Shown: positions 23,761-34,155 of the stretch, in pieces
How the letters are laid out: each line of letters opens with the position of its first letter
How positions within the stretch are numbered: the stretch's first letter is position 1
Notes under the pieces: generated by a model
What the model was told of the DNA's origin: nothing
The model's input: only the letters and a program-made list of their open reading frames with translations
The model's database searches: none
Assembly: GCA_027021705.1 (NCBI GenBank)
Contig: JALUTT010000028.1
Location: forward strand, 1 to 63,438
Length of the DNA: 63,438 bases
Direction: 5' to 3'
Origin: Anaerolineae bacterium
Lineage (GTDB): Bacteria > Chloroflexota > Anaerolineae > S140-20
Program-made: the position numbers and the translations under genes

Positions 23761-25223
23761 CGGGCCACCATCCCTAACAACACCCCCACCCACAGGTGCA
23801 CGTTGTTCACGTAGAGGTTGTCGAAGAGGTGGTGGACGCTGAAGGCGGTGAAGCCGGCCAGCAGCCCCAGGGCCAGCCCCCGCTGCCAGCCGGCCGCCCG
23901 TTGACCCCACCGCCAGGTGAACCAGAAAACCGCCCCCCACAGGACCAGGTAAGCCACCAGCCCCAGAAAGCCCGCCTCGGCCGCCACGTTCAGGTAGTAG
24001 TTGTGAGCGTGGCCCAGCGGGATGGGCCAGTTGAGGAGCCGATAGCGGGGATAGGCCGGCTCGTAATCCCCAAACCCCACCCCTGTCCAGAAGTGGTCCT
24101 GCCACATCGCCAGCGCCGCCTGCCAGTGGGCCAGCCGCTCGATCACCGCGTAGTTGGCATCGTTGATCCCCACCCCCCGCACATCCTGCAAGCGCAGGTA
24201 GGTGGGGATGTCGGCCAGCCGGCCGGCGATGGGCGCCGGCAGCAACCCCGCCCCGGCGAGCCCCCCGACGAGCAGCAAGAGGGCCAGGACCAGCCCGGCC
24301 CCCATCCAGCGCCGTCGAGGCAGGGCGAAGAGCATCGCCAACATCCCCGCCCCGAAGCCCAGCCAGGCCCCCCGCGACCAAGAGGCGACCAGCCCCCCCA
24401 CCATCAGGAGGGCGGGCAAGAGGCTCAGGAAGCCCGGCAGGAGGGGGTTGCGCCAGGAGAACCGTGGGGCCAGGCCAGACCGAAGACCTCTCCCCGCCTC
24501 GAACAGACCGGCCCGGACGGCCTCGGCCAGGAGACCCAAAGCCAGGGGAGCCACCAGCCCCAGGAAGCCCGCGTAGGGGTTGGGCTGCTCAAAGGTGCCG
24601 TAGGCCCGGTAGAAGCGGCCCGGCACGATGGCGAAGTGGTCAGGCCCTGTGCCCCGCAGCCCGAACTGCCAGAGCCCTACCGCCGCCTGAACGCTGCCGA
24701 TGACCAGCAGGCCGGCCACCATCCAAGGCAACCGCCGCTCTCCCATCCAATCGGCGACGAAGAGGAAGAGCGCCACGATCTGGAGCCACTTGACCAGCTC
24801 CGGCAGCCCGTAGACGGGCAACTCCGTCGCCCCCCAGAGGGAGAGCCAGGCCACGCCGACGAAGAGGAGCAGCGGGAAGAGCAACGGCGGCGCCGGGAGG
24901 TGGATCCGACGGCGGGCCGCCCCCCGGGCCAGCCAGGCCGCCAGCGTCAGGGCCAGGACGGGCTGGGCGATCTGGGCAGGGACCGAAGGGACGTTGGCCC
25001 GCAGGTAGGCCCAGAGAGGCCCCAGGAAGAGCGCGGCCAGCAGCCCCACCAGCGGCTCGATGAGGGTGCCCACGCCGACGAAGGCGAAGAAGACCAGCAG
25101 GCCGGCGTTCAACAGCGAGAGGCGGACCAAGGCCAGGCCGGAGAGCGCCGCCAGGCCGGCCACGCCCAGCCGGAAGCCGGGAGCCCCCCAGGAGAAAGCA
25201 CGACCCAAGCGTCCGATGCCCAC
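23691..25223 (-). CDS. O-antigen ligase (Wzy_C) family membrane protein
   Basis: RAYGTFEQPNPYAG, SWSRGAWLG, GVGFG, HAHNYYL..AAE.G. Confidence 0.85.
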   Translation of the reverse strand: MGIGRLGRAFSWGAPGFRLGVAGLAALSGLALVRLSLLNAGLLVFFAFVGVGTLIEPLVGLLAALFLGPLWAYLRANVPSVPAQIAQPVLALTLAAWLARGAARRRIHLPAPPLLFPLLLFVGVAWLSLWGATELPVYGLPELVKWLQIVALFLFVADWMGERRLPWMVAGLLVIGSVQAAVGLWQFGLRGTGPDHFAIVPGRFYRAYGTFEQPNPYAGFLGLVAPLALGLLAEAVRAGLFEAGRGLRSGLAPRFSWRNPLLPGFLSLLPALLMVGGLVASWSRGAWLGFGAGMLAMLFALPRRRWMGAGLVLALLLLVGGLAGAGLLPAPIAGRLADIPTYLRLQDVRGVGINDANYAVIERLAHWQAALAMWQDHFWTGVGFGDYEPAYPRYRLLNWPIPLGHAHNYYLNVAAEAGFLGLVAYLVLWGAVFWFTWRWGQRAAGWQRGLALGLLAGFTAFSVHHLFDNLYVNNVHLWVGVLLGMVARYGGGDSDSKKWAKASRSWRTAS

Positions 25224-25244
25224 CGAACCTCGCCCTCGCTCCCC

Positions 25245-27710
25245 TTACCCCTTGGCCTCCTCCACCAGCACCCGCCGCAGCACCTTGCCCACGAAGCTCT
25301 TGGGCAATTCGTCCCGGAACTCGATCTCCCAGGGGACCTGCCACTCGGCCAGGCGGGCGCGACAGAGGCCCAGCAGCTCCTCGGCCGTCACCCGGCTCCC
25401 TTCCCGAGGCACCACGTAGGCCTTCACCCGCTGGCCGGCCGGCGTCGCCGGGACGCCCACCACCGCCACCTCCTTGACTTCAGGGTGCTCGTAGAGCACT
25501 TCCTCCACGTCGCGGGGATAGACCTGATACTCCCCGGCCAGGATCATATCCTTCTTGCGGCTGATGATCTGAAAGTAGCCATCGTCGTCCATCCGGGCCA
25601 CGTCGCCGGTGAAGAGCCACCCATCCCGCACCACCTGGGCCGTCGCCTCCGGGTCCTGCCAGTAGCCCGCCATCACCTGCGGCCCCCGCACGACCAGTTC
25701 ACCGATCTGGCCCGGCGGCAGGTCCTCCCCCGTCGCCAGGTCCACCACCTTGGCCTCGGTGCCCGGCAGCGGAATCCCGATGGAGCCCACCTTGCGCAGC
25801 CCGTGAAGGGGGTTGGCGTGGGTCACCGGGCTGGCCTCCGTCAACCCGTACCCCTCCACCAGCCGGCCCCGGGTCAGCTTCTCAAAGGCCTCCTGGACCT
25901 CGACAGGCAGCGGGGCCGCCCCGCTGATGCAGGCCCGGATGGACTGGATGCCGTACTTGCGCACGCCGGGGAAGTTGTTGATGGCCACGTACATCGTCGG
26001 CACGCCGGGGAAGATGGTGGGGCGGTACCGGCGGATCGCCTTCAACACCTCCTCCGTGCGGAAGGTGGGCAGGAGAACCAGCGTGGCCCCCAGGCTGATG
26101 GGCACGTTGAGGGCCGTCGTCATCCCGTAGGAGTGGGAGAAGGGGAGCACGGAGAGGAAAACCTCCCGCCCCTCCCGCAGGTCGGGGATCCAGTGGCGGA
26201 CCTGGAGGGCGTTGGCCACCAGGTTGCGGTGGCTGAGCATCACCCCCTTGGGCAGGTCCGTCGTGCCGCCCGTGTAGATGATGACCGCCACATCCTCCAG
26301 GTCAACGGCCTCCTCGGGAGGGACAGGGGAATGGTCCATCAGCCAGTCCTGCCAGAGGATGACGCCCTCCGGCTGTGCACCCCGGATCCGGTGACCCTCT
26401 TGGGCCTCCCGCGTCCAGGTGAAGAGCCAACGCCGGTGGGGGGGCAGATAGCGCTTCACGTTGGTCAGGACCACCCGCTCGACACCCGTCTCCGCCAGCG
26501 CCTGTCGGGCCAGCTCCTGGTAGCGCGTCAGCGTGACCAGCACCTTCGCGTCGGCATCCCGAAGCTGGGCGAGCAGTTCTTGGGGTTCGGAGAGGGGGCT
26601 GGCGAAGACGACCGTCGCCCCGGCCCGCAGCGTGCCGAAGTAGGCGATCACCGTCTGGGGCAGGTTGGGGAGCAAGAGCATCACCCGCTCCCCGGGGCGG
26701 ACCCCCAGGGCCCGCAACCCCTGAGCGAAGCGGCTGGCCAATCGGTCCAGCGTCCGGTAGCGCATTGTGCCGCCGCCGTAGCGCAGGGCCGGTCGGCGCG
26801 GGAAACGGCGGGCGGAACTGCTCAGGAAGCGGTCCAGCGGGCGTCGGGTCAACCCCACCGTGAAGGGCACGCCCTCATCGTAGAAGCGGAGCCAGGGGCG
26901 CTGACGCACCCACTGCCGCCGCCGTTCGTCGTCCCGCCAGGAGCGCGTCCCCTCCCCCAGGAAGCGCTCGATGGCCCGGTTGACGGCATCGGGCCGTTCC
27001 AGGAGCACCAGGTGAGCGGAGACGCCCACGTTGACCGCCTGGGCGTTGGGCAAAGCGCGGGGCACCTCCTCGTAGACGGCGCGGGGGAAGACCCGATCCC
27101 GGTGGCCCATGATGACCAGCGTCGGCGTGCGGATGTCGCGGAAGAGGGACCAGCCGTTCCAGCGCTTGAGGGTGTTGTGGTAGAAGCGCTTCAGGAGGTC
27201 GGGGGGAGCGCCCAGCCAGGGGCGGGTGTACCGCTCCAGGAGGCGGAGGAAGGGGCCGGGGAGGGAGAAGGCCCAGCGGTAGGCCGGCGACAGAGGGTAC
27301 TCCCCCGCCGAAGCGATGAGGATCAGCTTCTCCACCTGATCGGGATGGCGGGCCGTGTACTCGGCGACGATGGCCCCGCCGAAGGAGTGACCCGCCAGCA
27401 CGAAAGGGGGGTCCACGTCCAGTTGGTCCAGGACCGCCTCCAGGTCGGCCAGGAACTCGTCCATCGTGTAGGCGCTGGCCGGGCGGTCCGACCGGCCGTG
27501 GCCCCGCAGGTCCAGGGCCACCGTCCGGTTCACATCCGAGAAGGCCCAGAGTTGGTAGCGCCACTGGGCAGCCCACCCTCCGAAGCCGTGGACGAAGACC
27601 ATCGTGCGGCGGGCCGCCTCGGGCTCCACGTCAATCACGCTGAGCCAGACGGGCGGCCGCTCTGAGACCCGCACCCGCCGCCGATAGAGCTCTAGGTCTA
27701 CCTGCTGCAT
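25245..27710 (-). CDS. Alpha/beta hydrolase fused to long-chain fatty acid-CoA ligase
   Basis: N-half VHGFGG, GHSFGG, AHLVLLE; C-half YTGGTTDLPKG, EGYGLTE, TGDVA, GKVLRR. Confidence 0.9.
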   Translation of the reverse strand: MQQVDLELYRRRVRVSERPPVWLSVIDVEPEAARRTMVFVHGFGGWAAQWRYQLWAFSDVNRTVALDLRGHGRSDRPASAYTMDEFLADLEAVLDQLDVDPPFVLAGHSFGGAIVAEYTARHPDQVEKLILIASAGEYPLSPAYRWAFSLPGPFLRLLERYTRPWLGAPPDLLKRFYHNTLKRWNGWSLFRDIRTPTLVIMGHRDRVFPRAVYEEVPRALPNAQAVNVGVSAHLVLLERPDAVNRAIERFLGEGTRSWRDDERRRQWVRQRPWLRFYDEGVPFTVGLTRRPLDRFLSSSARRFPRRPALRYGGGTMRYRTLDRLASRFAQGLRALGVRPGERVMLLLPNLPQTVIAYFGTLRAGATVVFASPLSEPQELLAQLRDADAKVLVTLTRYQELARQALAETGVERVVLTNVKRYLPPHRRWLFTWTREAQEGHRIRGAQPEGVILWQDWLMDHSPVPPEEAVDLEDVAVIIYTGGTTDLPKGVMLSHRNLVANALQVRHWIPDLREGREVFLSVLPFSHSYGMTTALNVPISLGATLVLLPTFRTEEVLKAIRRYRPTIFPGVPTMYVAINNFPGVRKYGIQSIRACISGAAPLPVEVQEAFEKLTRGRLVEGYGLTEASPVTHANPLHGLRKVGSIGIPLPGTEAKVVDLATGEDLPPGQIGELVVRGPQVMAGYWQDPEATAQVVRDGWLFTGDVARMDDDGYFQIISRKKDMILAGEYQVYPRDVEEVLYEHPEVKEVAVVGVPATPAGQRVKAYVVPREGSRVTAEELLGLCRARLAEWQVPWEIEFRDELPKSFVGKVLRRVLVEEAKG

Positions 27711-27714
27711 CCTC

Positions 27715-28431
27715 TCACCCCCCTCCCAAAAGCACGGCCAGCACGGCCGGCAAGTCGCTCAGGTCTGGAAACAGGTGATCGGGGCCGGCTGCCTGCAGTT
27801 CTTCCGGGCTGGGTCGCCCTGTGGAGACCGCGACCGTTCGAGCACCGATGGCCTTCCCCGCCTCCACGTCGGCCGGCGTATCCCCCACAACGACGACCGA
27901 AAGCAGCCGTCTACCCCCTTCCCCGCCTGCCTCCCGGCCCAGCAGCGCCCGGGCCCGGGCCAGCGCGATGCGGGCCAACTCCCGGCGGTCGGCCCCGTCG
28001 GAGCCGTAGGCCCCCACCCGGAAGAGGGCCGGATCAATCCCCGCCGCCCGAAGCTTGATAGGAGCCGTCTCCTCCAAGTTCCCCGTCAGCAGCCCCAGCA
28101 CCACCTCCCGGCGGGCCGAGAGCGCCGTCAGCAGGGGCAGGACACCGGGCAGCGGAGTGACGGAGAACTCCCGCACCGTCTGGGCCAGGTGGCGGGGCAG
28201 AGCCTGGCAGAAGCGGGACCAACCGGCTCCGATCCGCCCCTCTTCCAGGCCGGCCGCCCGCAGGATGCCCTGCACGATCAGGGGGTCCGTTTTGCCCGCC
28301 ATTGGGAAGCGGTCCACATCCCCCGTCACCCCGTAGACCTCCCGCAGGGCCCGCTTCACCGCCTCCCGCCCGGCCCCGCCCGGCCAGATCAGGGTGCCGT
28401 CCACGTCGAAAAGGATCAGCCGATACCCCAC
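27715..28431 (-). CDS. HAD superfamily hydrolase (phosphoglycolate phosphatase-like)
   Basis: LFDVDGTL, LLTGN, VGDTPADV; GTG start overlaps the thiolase stop (TAGTG). Confidence 0.85.
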   Translation of the reverse strand: MGYRLILFDVDGTLIWPGGAGREAVKRALREVYGVTGDVDRFPMAGKTDPLIVQGILRAAGLEEGRIGAGWSRFCQALPRHLAQTVREFSVTPLPGVLPLLTALSARREVVLGLLTGNLEETAPIKLRAAGIDPALFRVGAYGSDGADRRELARIALARARALLGREAGGEGGRRLLSVVVVGDTPADVEAGKAIGARTVAVSTGRPSPEELQAAGPDHLFPDLSDLPAVLAVLLGGG

Positions 28432-29633
28432 TACACCATCATCTCCACGCTCATCGCCACCGCCTCTCCACCGCCCAGGCAGAGGGTCGCCAGGCCATGC
28501 TTCAGCCCTCGCTGTTTCAGCGCGTAGAGAAGCGTCACCAGCACCCGCGCCCCGCTCGCCCCGATGGGATGGCCCAAGGCGATGGCCCCGCCGTTCACGT
28601 TCACCTTCAACCAATCCCAGCCATCCTCCTCCAGCGCCCGCCCATCGGCCAGCGTCTGCGCGGCAAAGGCCTCGTTGATCTCGATGAGGTCGTAGTCGGC
28701 CAGCGTCTTGCCGTCCTTCTTCAGGAGATTGCGCACGGCGTAGATGGGCGCGGTGAAGATGCGCAGGGGCTCGACGGCAGCCTGGGCGTAGTTGACGATG
28801 CGGGCCAGGGGCCGGAGCCCCAGCGCCTCAGCCCGGGCCTGGCTCATCACCACGACGGCGGCCGCACCGTCGGTAATGCCCGGCGAGTTGCCCGCCGTGA
28901 CCATCCCGCCCTCCTCAAAGGCCGGCTTCAGCTTCGCCAGCTTCTCCAGGCTCGTATCCCGCCGGGGCGCTTCATCGGTGTCGAAGAGGATGGGCGGCCC
29001 CTTGCGCTGGGGCACTTCGACGGGGACGATTTCCTCTTTGAAAGCCCCACGGTCAATGGCCGCGATGGCCTTCCGATGGCTGTTGTAGGCGTACTCGTCC
29101 AATTCCTCCCGGGTCAGGCCGAACTCCCGGGCGATCCACTCGGCTGCGTTGCCCATATGGTGGTTCTCAAAGGCGCACCAGAGCCCATCGTGGACGAGGG
29201 CATCAATGAGCACATCGTTGCCCAAGCGGTAGCCGGTGCGGGCCTTGGCCAGGAGGTAGGGGGCCAGGTTCATGTTCTCCATCCCGCCGGCGACGAAAAC
29301 CTCCCCATCTCCGGCTCGGATCATCGAGGCGGCCAGCATCACCGTCTTCAGGCCAGAGCCGCAGACCTTGTTGACGGTCACAGCCCCGACGGTGGGCGGC
29401 AGCCCACCCCGAATGGACGCCTGGCGGGCCGGAGCCTGACCGATGCCGGCCGGCACCACACAGCCCATCAACACCTCGTCCACGCTGGCGGGGTCAATGC
29501 CCGCCCGCCGGACCGCTTCTCGGATGACGATGCCCCCCAGCGTAGGGGCCGGTACCGTGGACAGGGTCCCCCCAAAACGCCCAATAGGCGTTCGGGCAGC
29601 CCCGACGATGACCGGCTGACGGTTATCGCGCAT
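28431..29633 (-). CDS. Acetyl-CoA C-acetyltransferase (thiolase)
   Basis: [26 protein letters not shown]. Confidence 0.95.
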   Translation of the reverse strand: MRDNRQPVIVGAARTPIGRFGGTLSTVPAPTLGGIVIREAVRRAGIDPASVDEVLMGCVVPAGIGQAPARQASIRGGLPPTVGAVTVNKVCGSGLKTVMLAASMIRAGDGEVFVAGGMENMNLAPYLLAKARTGYRLGNDVLIDALVHDGLWCAFENHHMGNAAEWIAREFGLTREELDEYAYNSHRKAIAAIDRGAFKEEIVPVEVPQRKGPPILFDTDEAPRRDTSLEKLAKLKPAFEEGGMVTAGNSPGITDGAAAVVVMSQARAEALGLRPLARIVNYAQAAVEPLRIFTAPIYAVRNLLKKDGKTLADYDLIEINEAFAAQTLADGRALEEDGWDWLKVNVNGGAIALGHPIGASGARVLVTLLYALKQRGLKHGLATLCLGGGEAVAMSVEMMV

Positions 29634-29663
29634 ATCTTGCTCCTTGTTCGATGCTTGGGCTCT

Positions 29664-30635
29664 TCAAGCGTAGTCGCCTGCTTTGCTGACAACGCGCTGT
29701 TTCACCTGGCGGGGCAGGAGCAGCCCAGCGTAGAAGGTCTCCCGGCTGCTGTAGCGGGGCGCCCATCCTTGGGCCCGCAGGCGAGCGTTGCTCAGGATGA
29801 TGGGATAGCGGAGCTCATCCAGCATCTTGGGATGGATGAGGGAGCGCCCGGTGCGGTAGGCCAAGAAGGTGAGCAGACGGACCAGCCTATAGGGGAGCTC
29901 CAGCACAGGCCAGCCGATGGCCCGCATCACGTCGGCCACCTCGATCCAGTCATCGGGAGCCACGTTGTAGGCCCCCGGCAAGTCGCGCCGGATGGCCAAG
30001 TGGATGGCCGTCGCGACATCTTCCTCGTGGACCATCTGCATCGGTGGGCCGTTGCGGATGGCGAAGAAGGGGCGGGTGGTATACCCGGCCATTCGACCGG
30101 GATCAGCCTGCGGCCCCATCACGCCACAGGCCCGCAGGACCGTGACGGTCATCTCAGCGTGCTCCCTGGCAAAGCGAGCGAGAAATCGCTCCAGCATCAC
30201 CTTGGCCCGACTGTAGAAGAAGTCGAGACGCCCCCGAAGCGGATGGGTCTCCAGGATGGGGATGGGGTTGTCGGGGCGACCGCCATAGGCCAGCACGCTG
30301 CTGAGGGTGACGAAGCGGCGCACCCCTACTTGGGCCGCAGCCCGAACTACATTCTGGCTCCCCTGGATGTTCACATCGTCGGGCCAGTCGTCCGACTGCC
30401 CCGGTTTCAGAAAGAGGATGAAGGCCAAGTGGACCACCACATCGGCCCCCTGGAACAGCGCCGTAATTCCCTCGTCCCGAACATCGGCCTGGTGGAAGAC
30501 CACCTTGGCCCCTCCCCGGGTCGGCGGCACCAGGTCAATCCCGATGATCCGCTCAACCGTCGGATCCTGCTCCAGCAAGGGCAACAATCCGCGCCCAACG
30601 TGGCCGCTGATCCCTGTCACAGCCACCACTGTCAT
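29664..30635 (-). CDS. NAD-dependent epimerase/dehydratase (extended SDR)
   Basis: TGISGHVG, VVHLA, SSVLAYG, YSRAK. Confidence 0.85.
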   Translation of the reverse strand: MTVVAVTGISGHVGRGLLPLLEQDPTVERIIGIDLVPPTRGGAKVVFHQADVRDEGITALFQGADVVVHLAFILFLKPGQSDDWPDDVNIQGSQNVVRAAAQVGVRRFVTLSSVLAYGGRPDNPIPILETHPLRGRLDFFYSRAKVMLERFLARFAREHAEMTVTVLRACGVMGPQADPGRMAGYTTRPFFAIRNGPPMQMVHEEDVATAIHLAIRRDLPGAYNVAPDDWIEVADVMRAIGWPVLELPYRLVRLLTFLAYRTGRSLIHPKMLDELRYPIILSNARLRAQGWAPRYSSRETFYAGLLLPRQVKQRVVSKAGDYA

Positions 30636-30723
30636 AGCACACCCCCCGGCACACTGGCTTGTGTTCAGATGCCTGGCACCTCCGACGCCGATGACACCAG
30701 AACGATCCTTCGTCCTTCAACCC

Positions 30724-33207
30724 TCAATCGGTCTGTCCCTCTGCACCACCTGAGCCATCGGGAATGGGCAGAATCACGGTGAAGATGGTCCCCTTGCCCA
30801 CCTGGCTTTTCACCACGACCTGTCCGCCGTGGGATTCTACGATGGACTTGACCAGGGCCAGCCCCAATCCCGTCCCCTTTCGGCTGGCGTGCTCGGCATC
30901 CTGCACCCGGTAGAACTTCTCGAAGATGTGGGGCAGGTCTTGAGGGGGGATCCCCAGGCCCGTATCGGCCACGCTCATCCGCAGGTGGGTGTCGGTCGCA
31001 TCCAGCCCGACCAGCACCTGCCCCCCCGGGGGGGTATACTTGAGCGCATTGCCGACCAGGTTGCTCACCACCTGTCGTAGGCGCATCGGACGCCCAAGAA
31101 TTCGAGGGAGGTCCCGGCGGACGGCAAAACGGAGCCGAATCTCCCGCTCGGCCGCTACCCCCTGCATCTCCTCCACCACCTGAGCCGCGATCTCGTCCAG
31201 CGAGCAGGGCTCCAGCTCCTCGTCCAGCCCGGCCTCGATGCGCGCCAGGTCCAGCAGGTTGTTGATCAGCGCCTCCATACTCCAGGTGACCTCGATGATC
31301 TGCTGGACGTAGCGCTCCTGACGCTCGTTGAGAGGTCCGATGCGCTTCAGGAGCTTGGCAAACCCCAGAATCGAGGTCAGCGGGGAGCGAAGATCATGGG
31401 AGACAATGGAGACGAAGTCCGACTTGGCCCGGTCCAACTCCTTCAGGTAGGTGATATCCTGCATCTCCAGCATCATCCCTACATCGGGGATGGGCGCCGC
31501 GGTGAGAAGATAGGTGCGATTGTCCACGGTGCCCTCCTCCGTGCGGGCCTGTCCGACTTCCAGGGTGTCCCGCACCAGCCCCTCCAGCTTCTCACAGGCG
31601 ACGACCTCGGCCAGAGGACGCCCTACCGCCTCCTGGGGAGAGACCGAGAGGACCGAGGCTGCAGCCGGGTTGAGCATCAGGATCTCCCCTGCATCGTTGC
31701 AGATGAACATCGGGTTGAGGGCATTGTCGAGCATCGCCCGCAGCGTTGCCCGCTCCCGTTCCACCTGAGCGAAGAGGCGGGCGTTATCCACCGCCACGGC
31801 CACCGGGCCGGCAATCGCCTCCAACCGCTCCAGATCATCCTGGGTGAACGGGCCACTCCGCCGGTTCACCAACTCGATCACCCCGATCACCTGCTGCCGG
31901 GCCACCAAGGGGACAGCCAAGATGGAACGGGTCTCGAAGCCGGTGAGCACGTCCACCTGCCCGTAGAAACGGGGGTCCTCCCGGACATCGTTGGAGAGGG
32001 CCGACTGAGCGTGTTGGGCCACGTAGCCGACGATCCCCCGCCCCACCGGGAGTTCCATTGGGTAGAGCATCGCCGCCGTCACGTCGGCGCTGATAGCGAA
32101 CAGAAGCCGCTTCCGGTCCGAGTCCATCAGCCAGACCGAGGCAGACTCCACATCGAACATCTCCTGGACGACCTCGATGACGTGCTGGAGAATCCGATCC
32201 AGGTCCAGCGAAGCGTTGACGGTACGGGCCACGTCGTTCAGCGCCGTCAGTTCGCGCAGCCGCTGGCTGAGGGCCTTGTCCGTCTGCTGGTAGAGCCGAG
32301 CGTTCTCCACGGCGATGGCAGCGTAATCGGCCAGCGTGCTCAGGAGAAATTGCTCCCACTCGGTGAAGACGTGAGGCTGGGTCCGATAGGCCACCGCCAG
32401 GACCCCAATCCCTCGATCCCGCAGCATCATCGGCAGGTAGAGGACCGACTGCACCAGATAGCCCGTCTTGATCTTGATGGGCGGACGGTCGTGAGCGGCG
32501 ACCCGTTGGAGGGGCCTGCGGGTCCGAATCGCCTCTCCGGCCAGGCTATCCGCCATCGGAAGGCGGGAGAAGACGAAGCTCTCCTGCTGCTGCCCCTTCT
32601 CCGCCACCAGCATCAGCATCTTCGTCTTCTCATCCAGCAGCCAGACCGTCGCCTCCTCGGCCCGGCAGAGGAAGATGGCCGCATCCATCACCTGCTCCAA
32701 CACCTGATTCACATCCAGCGTGGCCGTGATGGTACGCCCGATGTTGGAGAGAGTGATGATCTGCTGGACCTGCCGCTGCAGCGCCTGGTTGGCCCGCCGG
32801 AGCTCCTCGCTGAGTTGGGAGCGGTCCTGACGCAGACGGGGCTCGGCCAGAGCCCTTTCGATGGCATCAATCACCTCCTGAGCCTCAAAGGGCTTGGTCA
32901 GGTAATCCCGCACTCCCAGGCGGAAGGCCTCCACCGCCACCTGCTCAGAGCCGTAAGCGGTCATCAGGATCACGGGGATCTGCCCGCCCTGCTGGTTGAG
33001 GTTCCGCAACAGGTCGAGACCGCTCATATCGGGGAGGTTCAGGTCCAGGAGGATCAGGTCAGGGGACTCGCGGGCTGCGACCTCCAGCCCTTTGCGCCCT
33101 GTGGTCGCAATGAGAGGGGCATATCCCAAGGTGGGCAAGACTTGCTGGGCCAGAAAGGAGATGACCTGCTTGCTATCATCAATGACAAGGATTCGTTCGC
33201 CTGCCAT
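30724..33207 (-). CDS. Hybrid histidine kinase: receiver-GAF-GAF-PAS-HisKA-HATPase
   Basis: ILVIDD..LLDLNLP..KP receiver; two V(E/D)NARL linkers; SHDLRSPL; GTGLGL. Confidence 0.9.
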   Translation of the reverse strand: MAGERILVIDDSKQVISFLAQQVLPTLGYAPLIATTGRKGLEVAARESPDLILLDLNLPDMSGLDLLRNLNQQGGQIPVILMTAYGSEQVAVEAFRLGVRDYLTKPFEAQEVIDAIERALAEPRLRQDRSQLSEELRRANQALQRQVQQIITLSNIGRTITATLDVNQVLEQVMDAAIFLCRAEEATVWLLDEKTKMLMLVAEKGQQQESFVFSRLPMADSLAGEAIRTRRPLQRVAAHDRPPIKIKTGYLVQSVLYLPMMLRDRGIGVLAVAYRTQPHVFTEWEQFLLSTLADYAAIAVENARLYQQTDKALSQRLRELTALNDVARTVNASLDLDRILQHVIEVVQEMFDVESASVWLMDSDRKRLLFAISADVTAAMLYPMELPVGRGIVGYVAQHAQSALSNDVREDPRFYGQVDVLTGFETRSILAVPLVARQQVIGVIELVNRRSGPFTQDDLERLEAIAGPVAVAVDNARLFAQVERERATLRAMLDNALNPMFICNDAGEILMLNPAAASVLSVSPQEAVGRPLAEVVACEKLEGLVRDTLEVGQARTEEGTVDNRTYLLTAAPIPDVGMMLEMQDITYLKELDRAKSDFVSIVSHDLRSPLTSILGFAKLLKRIGPLNERQERYVQQIIEVTWSMEALINNLLDLARIEAGLDEELEPCSLDEIAAQVVEEMQGVAAEREIRLRFAVRRDLPRILGRPMRLRQVVSNLVGNALKYTPPGGQVLVGLDATDTHLRMSVADTGLGIPPQDLPHIFEKFYRVQDAEHASRKGTGLGLALVKSIVESHGGQVVVKSQVGKGTIFTVILPIPDGSGGAEGQTD

Positions 33208-33260
33208 GTCATCTCTCCCAGGAGCACACACATGCCCAGTTCACCGCCCCCCCAAGTCCC

Positions 33261-33269
33261 ATTTTAGCA
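33261..33269 (-). promoter_or_regulatory. Extended -10 element upstream of the hybrid kinase
   Basis: Minus strand TGCTAAAAT. Confidence 0.45.
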
Positions 33270-33298
33270 CGATTGGAAGAGATGCGCCAATGGACCGT

Positions 33299-34078
33299 TC
33301 AAAGGCGCTGGCGAGATGCGATGAAGGTCTCGTAGAGCGCCGGGCTGACCGCTGCCGCCGTGGTCACAGGGCGAGCGTTCAGGTCCACGCCAGGGTGCAG
33401 CGGGAAATGGCTCTCCCCATCGGGACAGCCGATCACTCCGCCGGCCTCTTCTACCAAAACCCACGAAGCAGCCACATCCCATACCTTCGGCGTCAGTTCC
33501 ATCCCGGCCACGGCCACGCCCTGGGCCACCAGGGCCAGGTTGTAGGCCGCCGACCCCAGGATGCGGGGCTTGGCCGCCACCCGAAACCGGTAGCGCCGCA
33601 TTGTCCGCGTACAGGCCGTGTAGAGATGATCCGCTGTAAAGGCGGTGGGCGGGTTCAGCCGCAAAGGGCGCCCCTCTAGAAAGGCCCCCTCCCCCCGGGC
33701 CGCATAGAAGGTCTGTCTCAGGGCCGGCAGGTGCACGACGCCGACCACCGGATACCCCCGGTGGAGCAACGCGATGGCCACCGACCAGATGGGCAACCCC
33801 CAACTGAAGTTGGCTGTCCCGTCCAGGGGATCCACCACCCAGACGTAGGACTCCCCTCGGTAGACCGTGCTCAGCTCCTCGGAGACGATGCCGTGGTCAG
33901 GGTAACGGCCGCGCAGCATCCTGGCGATGATGCGGTCTGCATCCACATCCGCCTGGGTGACCAGGGTGCCGTCGGCCTTGTGGGTCGCCTTGATCTCCCC
34001 AAAAGCTTTCAAAAGCTGCCGGCCCGTGTGCCAGGCCAGGTGGCGGGCGAATTCCATCGCTTCTCGATAGTCAACCAT
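33299..34078 (-). CDS. Inositol monophosphatase family protein
   Basis: SEE, WVVDPLDGTANF, WDVAA. Confidence 0.9.
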   Translation of the reverse strand: MVDYREAMEFARHLAWHTGRQLLKAFGEIKATHKADGTLVTQADVDADRIIARMLRGRYPDHGIVSEELSTVYRGESYVWVVDPLDGTANFSWGLPIWSVAIALLHRGYPVVGVVHLPALRQTFYAARGEGAFLEGRPLRLNPPTAFTADHLYTACTRTMRRYRFRVAAKPRILGSAAYNLALVAQGVAVAGMELTPKVWDVAASWVLVEEAGGVIGCPDGESHFPLHPGVDLNARPVTTAAAVSPALYETFIASRQRL

Positions 34079-34082
34079 CCTC

Positions 34083-34152
34083 ACTCCTCAGTCCTCGGTG
34101 CCTCATCTCTCGGTGCCTCTCCTCTTGGTGCCCCCCTTGGTCGGCGGTCGGG
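34083..34152 (-). repeat. Mosaic tandem array in reverse orientation (GAGGCACC, GGACTGA, CCGACCG units)
   Basis: Reverse complement of the units at 23.0 kb. Confidence 0.75.
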
Positions 34153-34155
34153 CGC

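Noticed and set aside
23796..27665. 1289-aa plus-strand ORF
   Set aside because: Antisense shadow of the O-antigen ligase and hydrolase/ligase genes, with no motifs; typical of high-GC codon bias
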